Assembly (NCBI GenBank): GCA_009914755.4
Contig: CP086569.2
Location: forward strand, 25,152,001-25,216,000
From: the human T2T-CHM13v2.0 reference genome, Homo sapiens
Reading direction: 5' to 3'
Length of the DNA: 64,000 nucleotides
The position numbers and the translations under genes are program-made. Positions 14,993-28,487 of this stretch are shown here, piece by piece (the first letter of the stretch is position 1; each line of letters opens with the position of its first letter). The notes beneath the pieces are model-generated. The model saw nothing but the letters and a program-made list of their open reading frames with translations, did no database searches and was not told the origin of the DNA.

Positions 14993-17900
14993 CCTCCACA
15001 CACTTCCCTGTCCCTTTCAATCAACTGGCTGTGAGATCACTGAAACCAGAGATCTCAGGTTCAGAACAGGCCCAAGTGGGGTTGTGGCTGCCCCTCTGCA
15101 TTTCAAGGTCACTGTGTGGCATAATGAGGTCTTTGGCTGCAGAAAAGGGCATTGCGTTTTCTGAGGAGGGCTTGGTGAGTTGATTTGAGAGACAACACAA
15201 GCACCAAGATTTGGAATGTCCCAGGTTAGTGTTGGGGAAACCAGCCACATAAGACCCAGTGGGTACCCCGAATCTGGAGGAGACAAAGGTGTTAGAAAGA
15301 GACAGAATAAGCACTTAAAAGGTAGGTCCAGGGCACCAGAGCATTGGAGACTTGCTCATGGCCTGGAGCTCTCAGGCTCCACCCAATTTATTGGTTTACA
15401 AATTCTTTGTCCTTAAGGAGATGGGAGGGGGAGGAAGGAATAAGGAAAAGGATTAAGCAGTGAAGGAGAACTCATCAGCCATTCAATAAGATGTATAGCA
15501 CTGGTGGTTTCTGTGAATTTCCTTGAGCAAAGGCATGTGTCTAAACTACTTAAGATCTTCAACTTATCATGACTGAAATGGGTGGGAGTGGGTTTCAGGA
15601 GGAGCCAAGATGTTTTATTATATTCCACTGCTTCAAGGGAACGTTATCTTCCTGAGCAACCAGTGGAATGCCGCTGAGTGGTTATGCTCTGGGGGCATAA
15701 ATACATGAAGGTAATAAGGAGATTTTTCTTCTCAGAGGCTGCCCATGGCTCCCCATGGGTGTCTCATACAGGGGAGACCAACTTAATTGGCACCCCAGAA
15801 ACTTTGTTTCCCACAGTTAGTAATTATGGGTTGTTGGTTTAGACCAAAGATAGGGCCAGAGATGAACAAAGAATATTGGGGTGCCCCTGTGGTAACAGCA
15901 TTTTCCAGCCAGCAGGCTTGCTTTACCTGCTGGGAAGAAGGATGTACCTCAGAGTCCCACAAAACCTCTTCTCCCATCTTATCTCTTTTAGAGAGACATG
16001 AATAAAATGGGCCTCAACAATCCCAAGAGACCACTCAAGGACAATGGGAGCCACTGGGCTTGGCTTTCTACTTTCCTGGAGACAAGACAATTTGAATGGC
16101 ACTGACTGCCAGGTACTGTCATCATATGGGCCATGAGAACATCTCACCTGTTCAGTACCCCTCTACATTTTAGTGGGGACTAGGACATGGAATATGTGTA
16201 GGGATGATAGTGCCCTGTCACTGGGATCAGGACAGACCACAGGGAAGGGGAAGCTGCCAGCAAGGAGCCTGGGTCAGGGGCCAGGTTTGGGAAGCAGTTT
16301 CCTCTGACCCAACACTTGTTCCTGCAGCTGGACACATTACCTAAATTTATGTCTATTTTGGAGAATGGTGAAAACAGACTTAGAAAAAGACACTTGTAGG
16401 CCGGCCACCTAAAGACAAACTCAGCTGTCATTGTGGTGTGTTTATTTTTAGTATTTTGTTTCTTTTGCTTTTCTCATGTTTCTGCTACATATCAGTACTT
16501 TTTTGAGCAGCCTCCCTGCACTCTGTGATCTTTACTTGATGAGGAGGATCATTTAAGAATAAGAAAACTGGAGGCTGGCCTGCTGTGGATCTGTTCTACA
16601 TTTAGGGCTGTCCTAAATCTTGTCTGGCCTTCACACCATGTGCACATTTGCTCCTCCTTTCCACATACCATTAGGATATTAGCATCTTTCTTGACACCTC
16701 TTGGGCCTGCTTCCATTTAGATCCTGCCCTGCCCAGGTATGTGTCCCTAAGCAGGTTCATGTGACCTTTCACCTGTAAAATAGAGATGGTGCCAGGATCT
16801 GCCATGGGGATTTTTGCAAAGCTTAAGTCAGGCTGGTTGTCAAAAGCCTAAGAGTACAATTGAGACACAGTGAGCATTCATGAAATACCAATGCTTTATT
16901 ATCAAGTGCTGCCTAATAGTTCTTGAGGATCAACCATCATTTAATCCCATAACTATTAAGCTCTTGATAATTGTTTTCCTATTTTCAATACTGGAGGACA
17001 ACACTTCATTGAAGGTCATTGTAAATAAAGTGCTAATATATTATCAGTTTCCAGTAATAAGCTTTATTAAGCGCCTCAAGGGGGCCAGGTAATTCAGAGC
17101 CTGACCCAAGTCTTTGCAGCCACAGGGAAAACGGTAAAGGCATGTAATTTGTTATATCCTGGGGTCCACAGCCACCAGTAGCCAAATTGAAACAGGAACC
17201 CACATTCCTGAGCTTGGCTTCAGTTTCTTTCCAGGTCCTACTGCTCTGGCCTGAGAGAGCCTCTGCCCACCAAAATACGGTGTTCTCTGTTTCCCACAGG
17301 CCACTGCAGGGTGGCAACATGTACCAGTAGGGGCCCAACCATGATGTCGCCACCCTCCCCCTCATCTTTCCTGCTCATTACCTCTGCCCTCTGGCTGCTT
17401 GCAGTAACATGATGGACCCCTCTATGGCTGCACCTGCATCATGGCTGGTTCCTCTAGCATTGGCATCCTCCAAGAAAATTTCCTTCCAGACTGTGCAGTT
17501 GGTCTACTGCTAGCGGCTGGACTTCATGATGCACTGCAGACACCTCTGTGGCTGTGTCTATTGATACCCTTGCTGATGGCTACACGTGGATCTGCTTTGG
17601 ACAGATCTTGAGTTTTTGAGCTGGATGTGGTGATTACTTGAGTCTTGTTTGAGGGAGTGGAAGTGTGGGTAGAGCTAGGATTTTCTGCTGGAATCTGTGG
17701 TGTTTAATTAGATGTGGAACCCGTACCCTGGAACAGAGAATCTTCCTAGAGTCTCTGACACCACAAATTACTTCCCATATATTTTATTTTGAAAATAAAA
17801 ATATATGCACATGACTGAAAAATACAGAGATGAGGCAAGGGTAACTCAGAAGGAACTGCCACCATGTGCACCTAACCCTAGTCCCCTGAATTACCTGTTA

Positions 17901-18214
17901 ACACCTGGTACAACAGAGGAAGGCTGAGTTTCTTAGACCTCTGACCTTTCCTCCACCCTCACACAATGATAGAAATATCATGATTTTAGTTTCTTTCTTA
18001 GTTATCATTGATGTTGAAAGTAACTGTAGAGTATATGTATATTTATGTATATATTTTTTCAATCCAATGCAATAGAATCTTGTGACTTTCTTCTTGTAGG
18101 AAGTATATTGGCACTTTGAATTCACCTACATTTCTTGGTATTCTATAGGTATATACATATTTTTTCTTTAGCTTTCTCTTTTCTTGGAGTTTCTAATTGC
18201 CTTTTCTTCTTTCT

Positions 18215-18310
18215 TTCTATTTAAAATTAAATTAAAATTAAATTAAATTAAAATTAAATTAAATTTAAAATTAAATTAAATTAAGTTGGAACTAAATTAA
18301 AATTCAAATT
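18215..18310. repeat. (AAATT)n-like pentanucleotide microsatellite, imperfect
   Basis: aaattaaattaaaattaaattaaattaaaattaaattaaatttaaaattaaattaaattaag.. Confidence 0.85.
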
Positions 18311-18698
18311 AAATCTCCTTTTATCACATCCTTATCATCTTCCCTCATTTCTAACCTCCCACCTGAAAAATCACTGGTGGACACCTTCCGTTTTCCTGTT
18401 CCTATCCCACCAACATCTCTCTAGGCCTGGGGTGGAGCTGTCATTCCCAGAGCTTTTATAACTGCCTCCCTGGGTTTTTACATGTCAAATGCTATTTCGC
18501 TACTGCAACTATGGGACAAATCTCCCAGAGAGCTAACCACTTTTCTTAGGTTTATTTTGTTAATTGTATGTGGTTTTGAAATATTTTTTAGATTCTGTCT
18601 TCCAATTTTTGAGAGTTACACATTTTAAGAGAATTTCAAGCTGTTGTTCCTAATCTCTGAATTTTCCTATTATCTTCCTAAATTTTGTTATTTTTCAG

Positions 18699-18814
18699 GG
18701 ATGCAATATTTTATACTTCTCTGAGACTACGGGGAGCATGTGTTCTGAACTTTCCTTGAACAGAGGTCTTGAGGCCAGAAGGAAGAAGGATCTTAAAGAC
18801 TCATTTCTCTGGAG
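18699..18814 (+). other. Candidate internal exon (canonical acceptor ttgttatttttcag|G and donor CTGGAG|gtgagttg); one frame fully open
   Basis: Polypyrimidine tract + cag at 18685-18698. Perfect donor consensus AG|GTGAGT at 18813-18820. Frame 1 (GCNILYFSETTGSMCSELSLNRGLEARRKKDLKDSFLW) has no stop over 38 codons. No homology recognised. Confidence 0.2.
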
Positions 18815-19058
18815 GTGAGTTGTCTGTTGATCATATTTGCCTTTGTTTGTTTTTTTTGTTTGTTTGCATTTTTTAAAAACTGTTGGTCTCTCACGTTTGC
18901 CTCTGTAATTAGCATTAAGGCTGAAATGGGGATTGTCACACGCTCATTTCACATTGGGACAAGAGGAACTGGCCTTCAAACCAGGGGCCTACAAATGGGA
19001 AGGATGATTTCCTCTGGGAATCCCTAAGCTTCCTTCTTTCCTCTGCAGAAACCTTCAC

Positions 19059-19190
19059 CTTCAGTTGCCCTGCTGCTTCCTTGGCATGGCGATGTTCTTC
19101 CTCCACTTGCAACCTGATCACACAACTGTGGACATTGTTCTCATGGCTTTTCCCTTCTCTTTGTCGTGAAGAGAGAAGATGCAACCCGTT
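19059..19190 (+). other. Candidate downstream (terminal?) exon: strong acceptor ttccttctttcctctgcag|AAACC; in-phase continuation of the upstream candidate exon stays open for ~45 codons to TGA
   Basis: Splicing 18814->19059 gives ..DSFLW|RNLHLQLPCCFLGMAMFFLHLQPDHTTVDIVLMAFPFSLS*. Pyrimidine-rich acceptor. No homology recognised. Confidence 0.15.
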
Positions 19191-22100
19191 TCTCTACTAT
19201 GATGGAACCAGAATGTCCATATTAGAACTTTAACATTATTTCCTCTACATCAGAGGCCACATTGGCTTCTGCCTGAAAGAGGAAATTGCAGAAAACAGAC
19301 ACAAGGATGGGAAGGTCACATTGACATATAAAGTTCCTGAGGGGCAGCTGGGTATTGTGTTAGGTGGTCACTCTTCTGTTCAGGAGGAAGGACTGTGTGA
19401 GCCTTTCCCAAAGGCCTGTTCAGTGTCTGAGCTCAGGGCCAACTTAATTTCAGTGTGCAGCCTTATAGATTAGGAAAAGAAAACAATCTGCCTCATCAGG
19501 TCTCCTGCCCAACCTTATTCCTTGCTCTGGATCATGATTGCTTATTTAAAAACAGCTTTGTTGGCATGTGATTGGCATATGGTAAACTGCACCTGTGTAG
19601 ATGGAAGAACTGATGGTTTCTCCATGTGAGTATTTCATTCACCGCAAGGCCAGAAGTGTGATGAAGGTCATGAAAACACATCTTCCTCCCATCAATAACG
19701 ATCACTCCCTGGCCACCCTAGGACCACAGATCTGCTTCTTTCACTAAAAACTTGTGGGTATTTTATAGAATTACAGGTAAATACAGTATGTACTTGGGTC
19801 TTTGTGCGTCGTTCTGATCTGGCTTCTTTTATTCAGCAGAACTACTTTCAGAGTCACTCTGTTCTGAGTGCATCAACAGTCCATTCCTTTTCATGCTGAG
19901 CCACATGCCATTGTATAGATGTGCCACAGCTTGTTCACCCTTCTTCTGTGTATGGGCATTTGGGCTCCTGGTTTGGGACCATTATGTGTAAGGATGTCAT
20001 GAATATTTATTTATGTATGTAGCCTGTGAGCTTGCCTTCATTTCTCATGGTTCATTCCTAGGAGTGCAGTGGCCACATCATGTCATGGTAGGTCTGCATC
20101 GACCTTGTTAAGGAATCACTGTCCCTTGTGCTAAGTGTTTGGTCCATTGCCTGCTTTCTCTCTTGCTCCCTCTGATTTAGTCATACAAACCTCTTGTATC
20201 CTTCACCCTCCAGGGCAATAACTTCTTAGCATACCGCCTTTCTTTACACTTGGAATCACCAGCTCCTTCTTTATGTGCTGGCTCTGATTCCCTCACTAAA
20301 TTTGCCCTTTGTGCCCCATGTGTGACCCATTCCCATTGATACACCCTATGTATGAGAGGGCTTTGGGATAAGAGACTGTTTCTGATGAGTATCGAGTACT
20401 ACAATGGCTCTGAATGGAAGAAAGATGACTGGGTGGGTCTTGTCAACCATTGTCCCTGGAGCTCATCTTTGTTGTTACAAATAAGTCTGGGTGTGGCCTG
20501 GGCATATGTTCAAGTACTCGCAAACCTTTTCTAAATGACAACTGGAGACCAGGCCATGGGCTGGAATGTGAGTATGAAGTTACTTGGAAGCTGTGTGATT
20601 GAAAGTGAGTCACTCAGTCACTGGATCCTGGCATTTTTCTCTACATGTGGGACTACCCATACTTTGCAGAGTTGCTGTGAGTTCACCTGAGTAAGACACC
20701 TGCATGCACTTGTGATCAGAAAATGTTAATTTCCCTTTATTGAAATGGAACAACCCATGGATATTATGTGCTGAGGTCTGGATCAAAATAGAGCATGATA
20801 CTGAAGACCTTGTAAACCCTGAGGAGGCATCACTGATCACTGGGTGTCCGGAAAGGCAGCAGAGAAAAACTGACCTGGAAGTGAAATTGGCCCGTGGGTT
20901 TGTTACAGTTGGTTAAACAGTCATGAGTGGGGCAAGAGCGGGTTCTCCACATCCGCATACCAGGAATGTCAGGCCATCGGGTGATGGTTGGACAGTTATC
21001 ATATTGCTTCTCTAAAAATAATAATTTAGCGGCTGGGGCCAGGGATAGCCTGATACACAGCTGGTAACATTAAAGTGTTAATTAAACTCACATGCCAGAG
21101 AGGAGGAAAAAGGGCGTCCCATAAAATCTCAGACATTGGATGACTGAACCCAGGAGTGCACATTAAGAGACAAAATGGTGGAGTATGACTTTCTGGGGTC
21201 ACCCCACCAATAAAAGGGAGGAAGCCTCAGATGGGCATACATATAACTGCTTAAACACACTGTCTATACTTACTTCCCAAGGGTAAGGAGGGCACTGTGC
21301 CTGTGGGCAGCCCATGCTAGGGGAAGAATCATGGGAAAGGGTGCACCAGATGCTGGCGGTAGGCCAGCCTAAAATGTCCCAGAAGGAAGGTTAATGGCCA
21401 CACTTCTTCAAGTCACCCATTTGGATCTCTTTCGAGTGCAATTTTCATTCTTTCCTGCTCTAAAGCTTTTTAATAAACGTCCACTCCTGCTGTGAAACTT
21501 GCCATGGCATTTTCTTCCTTCTTCCTTCTTTATGCCCACCAGTTGAATTCTTTCACCTGAGGAGGCAAGAATTGATATTGCTAAAGACCCGGACGGATTT
21601 GCTGCCAGTAACTCAGATACTTTTCACCGGTAACAGGTCTAGGAGCTGGTGGACACAATGGCTGGAGTATGTGTCCAGAATGTGCCTGCTCAGGCCCCAG
21701 GCACTTCCGGACTGTGGGGGGACTTGAACCCCAGGTTAAGGGGACACCATGGAATGAGAGCTCAGCCTGCTGTTGGAATACTGGGGATAGGATATTTTTT
21801 ACTGAAGTAAATCCCCTACCTATTAAGGAACTACTACCCAATCTGTCCTCTTTCTGACCCCTGACAATTAGCAAATCTGCTTTCTTTCTCTATGAAATTA
21901 CTTATTCTGGACATTTATATACATAAAATCATACACTATGTGACTTTTGTGCTTAGCTTCTTTAAACACAATGGTTTTGCAGTATCTTCACATTGTAGTA
22001 TGAGTGTCTCAATCTTTTTATGGCTAGATATTATGCCATTGTATAGGTATACTACATTTTGTTTTCCTATTATTTGTTTGTGGACATTTGGTTTGTTTCC

Positions 22101-22339
22101 ACATTTTAGTTATTGTGAATAATTCTTCCATGAGTATATGTGCACACACAGTTTTGTTTGAATACCTGCTTTATATTTTTTGTGTATATACCTGAGGTGG
22201 GGGGGATTTGCTGGTTTCTATGATGGTTCCATGTTTAGCTTTTTGCAGAAACACCAAACTATTTTCCACAGCAGATGAACTATTTTACTTTTGTTTTTCT
22301 CCACTTCCACGTCAACCCTTGTTCGTTCATGGTTTTTAA

Positions 22340-23050
22340 ATAATAATAATTACAATGGGTGAAAAGTGGTGTCTTCTTGTGGTTTTGATCTGCATTTCCC
22401 TGAAATAAGTGATGTTGAGCTAATTTTTATGTGTTTTTGTGTGTGTGTGTATCTTTGGAGAAAAGTATTTTCAATTTCTCTATCATTTTTTTAATTGGGT
22501 TGATTGTCTTTTTGTTCTTGAGTTGTAAGAATTTCTCCTATATCCTGGATACTAGGCCCTTACCCTTATATATGACTTGAAAATATTTTGTCCTATGCTG
22601 TTGGTTTTCTATTGACCATCCTGATAGTGCCCTTTGAAGCATGAAAGATTTTAGTTTTAATGAAGTTCAATTTATCTATTTTTTCTTTTGTTTTCTGTGC
22701 ATTCTCTGTCATACCCAGGAAACCATTAACAAGTTCAGTGCCAATAAGCGCAGAAAGATATGTTCGACATCATTAGCCATTAGGTAAATGGATATCTAAA
22801 TCACAATGAGATTATCACCTTAAACCCACTAGAATGTCTTTTTTTTTTTTTTTTGAAAAAGGGAGAGTTGGGGAGTATGTGGAGAAAATGGAACCCTTGT
22901 GCATTGCTGGTGAGAATGTGAAATGGTGGTGATGGTTGCACAGTAACATGAACATACATAATGCCACTTACCTGTACACCTACAAATGTTTAGATTGGTA
23001 AATTTATGTTACGTTTCTTTTACCACATACCAAAAAGGCTTCCTGAGAAC
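22340..23050. mobile_element. Ancient L1 (L1M/L1MB-type) 3'-region fragments in both orientations (minus ~22340-22730, plus ~22730-23050)
   Basis: Minus-strand ..gtggttttgatctgcatttccctgaaataagtgatgttgagc.. (L1 ORF2 C-terminal region, reverse complement). Plus-strand ..atcattagccattaggtaaatggatatctaaatcacaatgagat.. and ggagaaaatggaacccttgtgcattgctggtgagaatgtgaaatgg (L1 ORF2 C-terminal motifs). Confidence 0.5.
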
Positions 23051-23119
23051 TAGTCCTGAGATAGTTCCATGTGGAAAGAAGAGGACCCTTCTCTCTCCTA
23101 GAGTGAGTAGAAGCCTTTG

Positions 23120-23446
23120 TTTTTTGTTGCTGTTGTTGTTTTGTGTTTGTTTTTGTTTTGAAACAGAGTCTTCCTTTGTGGCCTAGGTTGGTGTGCAGTG
23201 GTGTGGTCTCTGCTCACTGCAAGCTCCAACTCCCATATTCATGCCATTCTCCTTCATCAGCCTCCTGAGTAGCTGGGACTAAAGGTGCCCACCACCATGC
23301 CTGGCTAATTTTTGTATTTTTAGTAGAGGTAGGGTGTCACCGTGTTAGCCATGATGGTCTCAACCTCGTGACCTAGTGATCCACCCAACTCAGCCTCCCA
23401 AAGTGGTGGGACTGCAGATGTGGTGAGCCACCACATCTGGCTGAGT
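23120..23446 (-). mobile_element. Alu element (AluS-like) with tail degenerated to (GTTTT)n
   Basis: (gttttg)n then gaaacagagtcttcctttgtggcctaggttggtgtgcagtggtgtggtctc.. to ..cccaaagtggtgggactgcagatgtggtgagccaccacatctggctg. Confidence 0.85.
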
Positions 23447-24228
23447 AGAAACCTTCTTATCATGCTTGTACTACACACTCCTGGCTCTTCCACACACCAA
23501 GCATGACCTCACGAACCAGAGGCAGTCTAAGTCTAACTGGCCCATTTGTACCCCCTTTCCAACATCCTATTCCCCTATTCAACTCACTCTCTTTCCCCTA
23601 CAAACCACTGTACATCACAGGTCTGCTTACCTTCTCTGTAGACATTTCTATAATGTCATAGAAATATGATCATAAAATACATGATCTCTTCAGACTGGCA
23701 CTTTTTGTTATTATTGTTTTCTCATTATTCTATAATTGCTGCCAAAAGAAGCAGGCATGTGTTGTGCCACAGAAAACTGATCATATTCTAAGCTCTACTT
23801 AGTAAAAACTAAAAAAAAAGAAAGAAAAAAATATGCTAGTACATATTGTCGCATTTATCCTGTTATTTTTTTAATTCATGATTTCTACAATGAATAAATG
23901 GATGAATAAAGCACACAGATATTATGCTTTGCCAGTCCAGCTGAACATCAAGCTGCTTACAGACTACAGGCAAATTATTGCAAACAGTTTTGACTGTGGC
24001 CCCAGCCAGCTAGTGAGACTTGCATTTATTCAGTAAGGATTAATTGACCAAGGCTCTAGTTAACACCACTAAAGGGTAATTGACAGTGTGGACTTCCCAG
24101 TTAGAAAGCAATTTAGCACTGTGCTAAGTCAAATATTAGTCTTAGGACCACATGACTAAGCAAGCTACTTAGGTAAACACCCCGCATTCCTTTGTTTCTA
24201 CTCTAACTTATTTAACTAAAGGTAAAAG

Positions 24229-24470
24229 GCCATCCTGTCTAATATGGTGAAACCCCATTTCTACTAAAAATACAAAAAATTAGCTGGGCATGGTGGCGGG
24301 TGCCTGTAGTCAAAGGTACTTGGACTCAGGAGGCTGAGGCAGGAGAATGGCAGGAACCTGGGAGTTGGAGCTTGCAGTGAGCTGACATCGCAGCACTGCA
24401 CTCCATACTGGCCAATAAAGCGAGACTCTGTCTCAGAAAACAAAACAACACAAAACAAAACCAGTATTCA
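24229..24470 (+). mobile_element. Alu element, 5'-truncated
   Basis: Starts in the Alu middle (ccatcctgtctaatatggtgaaaccccatttctactaaaaatacaaaaaattagctgggcatggtggcgggtgcctgtagtc) and runs through the right monomer ..ctgcactccatactggccaataaagcgagactctgtctcag. Confidence 0.8.
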
Positions 24471-26130
24471 TCACTAAAAAAAGTAGCAAAATATAAAGAC
24501 CAACAACACTAAGAAGAAAGTGGATCAATTAATATGCAAAATAACCAGCTAGTATTGCCATGCCAGGATCAAATTGACCCGTACAAATATTAACCTTAAA
24601 TGTAAGTGAACTAAATTTGCCAATTAAAGTGCACAGACTGACAAATTGGATAGAATCAAGACCCTTTGGTGTGCTGTATTCAGGAGACTGATATCATGGG
24701 TGAAGACACACATAGGCTCAAAATAAAAGGATGGAGGAATATTTACAAAGCAAATGGAAAGTAAAAAAAAAAAAAAAAGCTGGGATTGAAATCCTGCTCT
24801 ATCCTAAAATGACCATACTGCTTAAAGTAATTCACACATCTACAGTGATCTGATCTTTGACAAGCCTGACAAAAACAAGCAACTAGGGAAGGATTCCCTG
24901 GTCTGGGAAAACTGGCGAGCCATATGCAGAAACCTGAAACTGAATCCCTTTCTTACATCACATACAAAACTTAACTCAAGATGAATTAAAAGACTTAAAT
25001 GTAAAACCTAAAACCCTAAAAACCCTAGAAGAAAATCTAGGCAATACCATTCAGGATATAGGCATGGGCAAAAACTTCATGACAAAAAGACCAAAAAACA
25101 ATTGCAACAAAATCCGAAATTGACAAATGGGACCTAATTAATCTAAGGAGCTTCTCCACAGCAAAAGAAAATATCGTCAGAGTGAACAGGCAACATACAG
25201 AATGTGAAAACATTTTTTCAACCTATCTATCTGACAAAGGTCTAATATCCAAAAGCTACAAGGAACTTAAAAAATTTTATAAGAAAATAAAAAACAAACC
25301 CCAACAAAAAGTGGTAAAGGATATCAACAGACACTTCTCAAAAGAAGACATTTAATCAGCCAACAAATATATATAAAAAAAGCTCAGCATCACTGAGCAT
25401 TAGAGAAATGCACATCAAAACCACAATGAGATACTGTCTCACATCGGTCAGAATGGTGACCATTAAAAAGTCAGGAAACCACAGATGCTGGCGAAGATGT
25501 GGAGAAAAAGGAATGCTCTATGCTGCTGGTGGGAGTATAAATTAGTTCAATCACTGTGGAAGACAGTGTGGTGATTCCTCAAGGATCTATAACCAGAAAT
25601 ACCATTTGACCCAGCAATCCCATTATGTGGTATACACCCAGAGTATTGTAAATCATTCTACTCTAAGGAAACTGCACATGTATGCTTATTGCAGCACTAT
25701 TTACACACAAAAAAGACATGGCACAAACCCAGATGCCCATCAATTATAGACTGGATAAAGAAAATGTGGCACATATACACGATGGAATACTATGCAGCCA
25801 CAAAAATGAATAAGTTCATGTCCTTTTCAGAGACATGAATGAAGTGGAAACCGTCATTCTCAGCAAGCTAACACAGGAACAGAAAAGCAAACACTACCTA
25901 TTCTCATGCATAAGTGGGAATGGAACAATGAGGACACAATGGGGCCTGTCAGGGAGTAGGGGGTAAGTGGAAGGAGATCATTAGGACAAATACCTAATGC
26001 ATTCAGGGCTTAAAACTTACATGATGGGTTGATGGGTGCAGCAAACCACCGTGGCACATGTACACCTATGTAACAAAACTGCCTGTTCTGCACATGTATC
26101 CTATAATTTAAATTACAATAAAAAAAGGCA
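24470..26130 (+). mobile_element. LINE-1 (older L1PA) plus-strand copy with a large internal deletion (ORF2 EN region joined to ORF2 C-terminal third), 3'UTR and poly(A)
   Basis: ORF1-end/inter-ORF sequence, then ORF2 start (..TRTNINLKCK..), then an expanded A run at 24762-24778 where the consensus has KQKKAGVAIL. It then jumps directly to ..AILPKVIYRF-like sequence (..[15 protein letters not shown]..) and continues collinearly to the L1 3' end (..cctatgtaacaaaactgcctgttctgcacatgtatcctataatttaaattacaataaaaaaa). Confidence 0.85.
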
Positions 26131-26680
26131 GGTTAAATGAAAAACTAAATAGTATCCATGAATTTATGATGACTCCCTATTCGGTTTTTACTTAATGCTT
26201 TTTCTGTGTTTCGTGTCTGGAGGAAAGCAAAATAACAACATATTGAACCAAACATTTTAAAACAACTTAATACAAAGGGGTTGGAGCAAATTCTTTTATC
26301 TCTTTATGAAGACAAGTGTGAGTTAAAAACCACCTCTCCTAATGCTTCTCAGTGCCTCAAGGTGCTTAGGAAAAAAATAAAACTTCCAACTTAAGGATAC
26401 TTGGCAGCTTCCAGAACTTTAAGGAAAGCCGAGAAATAAAGTATCCAGCTTCCGGTTCTTTCTAGGAGAGTATGCCTAGTGCCTTCAGGACCCTTGGACC
26501 TTGGAGGAAGAGCGGAGGTGGGGTAGGTGGGGGCGGTCTCTGGAGCCACTTGCCGCTCTGGCAGCCACTGCTGCTCCCCATGGGACGGCTTAGAGTCAGC
26601 CTTCAGCAGAAGCAGCAGGCTTTCCGCAAGCAGTGTTTGGTGTGTCTGCCTGTTTTCCATCTCTGTATCTTCCTTAGTGA

Positions 26681-27245
<565 letters not shown>

Positions 27246-27805
27246 TAACAGAGTGTTTTACAGAGTAGACATTTCAACTTTCAATAAAGTTCATATTATC
27301 CGTTTTTTTTTCTTTCATGGACTTGATAATAACTCATCACTAAACCCAAGCTCATGAAGATATTTTCCAATTACAACTTTGCACTGAAAAAATTTAATGT
27401 GTGGGTATTTTTGACTAATTTTTTTAACTGTAAAATTTGTGTCTATGTTCATTTGTTTCCGTATAGTTTCCAGCTGTTTTCTTGCCACTTGTGAAAGAGA
27501 CTTATTGTTTCCAAAGGACATTCTTTGCATTTTCGACAAAATCATTTGACTTGGGCCTGTTTTGGGGCTGACTATTCTGTTCCACTTATCTGCTTGTCTA
27601 TTAAATCATGAATGACACACTCTTGTTTATTACATTAGCTTTAGTGTAAGTATTCATATCACATCTGGCATTGCACTTCTTCAGTCTTATTTCATCTATT
27701 CTAGGTTTAGGAAAAGTTGTTGATATATTTACCTGGAATTTGATTGGAATATAGCTGAAATAATAATAAATGTGCTTCTCCAGAACAAGAAACATCTATT
27801 TATTT

Positions 27806-28075
27806 ACTTTGTGAGAAGGAGTTGTGTCACCCAGGTTGGTGTGCGGTGGCATGATCTCAGCTCACAGATTCTCCCACTTCAACGACCCAAGTAGCTGGGA
27901 CCACAGGCATGCACCACCAAGCTCAGCTTATTTTTTTTGTATTTTGGGCAGAGATGGGCTTTCACCGTGTTCCCCAGGGTGGTCTCCAATTCATGGGCTC
28001 AAGGTATCTGCCTGCTGCAGACTCCCGAGGTGCTGGGATTACAGGCGTGTGACAACGTGCCTAGCCTGTCTGCAT
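27806..28075 (-). mobile_element. Alu element (older)
   Basis: ggagttgtgtcacccaggttggtgtgcggtggcatgatctcagctcacag.. to ..gctgggattacaggcgtgtgacaacgtgcctagcc. Confidence 0.8.
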
Positions 28076-28487
28076 TTGCTAACATTTCCTTTGATTTCTC
28101 CCAATGGTGACTCATTGTTTTCTGAATGAATTCTGCATATTTTGTTACAGTTATACTTAATGGATTCAATTTTGCAGGTAGTATTGTAAATGGTGTTTTA
28201 ATATTTCAAAATCCAATTATTTATATTCATTATTGCTGATATAGAGAAAATCAATTGAGTTTTGTATATTGACCGTCTTCTTTGCTTCCTTTTATCTCCA
28301 TTCTAGATATGGGAAGGTTGGCTGTATCTCACTTCCACTTCGTGAGATGACCGCCTGGATTAACCCACCCCAAATTTCAGAGATTTTCCAAGGCTACCAC
28401 CAGAGGGTGCACGGAGCTGATGCACTGAGCCTGCAAACCAACTCTCTGAGAAGCAGGTTATCTTCACAGTGCCTCGGACAGAGCTTC

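Noticed and set aside
14993-16000. Possible LTR-like repeat following the truncated Alu (..tgtggcataatgaggtctttggctgcag..)
   Set aside because: I could not match it to any repeat family from memory and there are no terminal or TSD features. It is left unannotated rather than guessed.
26440-26660. Short GC-rich patch considered as a CpG-island promoter
   Set aside because: There are only ~6 CpGs in ~200 bp, no TATA/Inr context is recognisable, and two Alus lie immediately downstream. This is insufficient to call a regulatory element.
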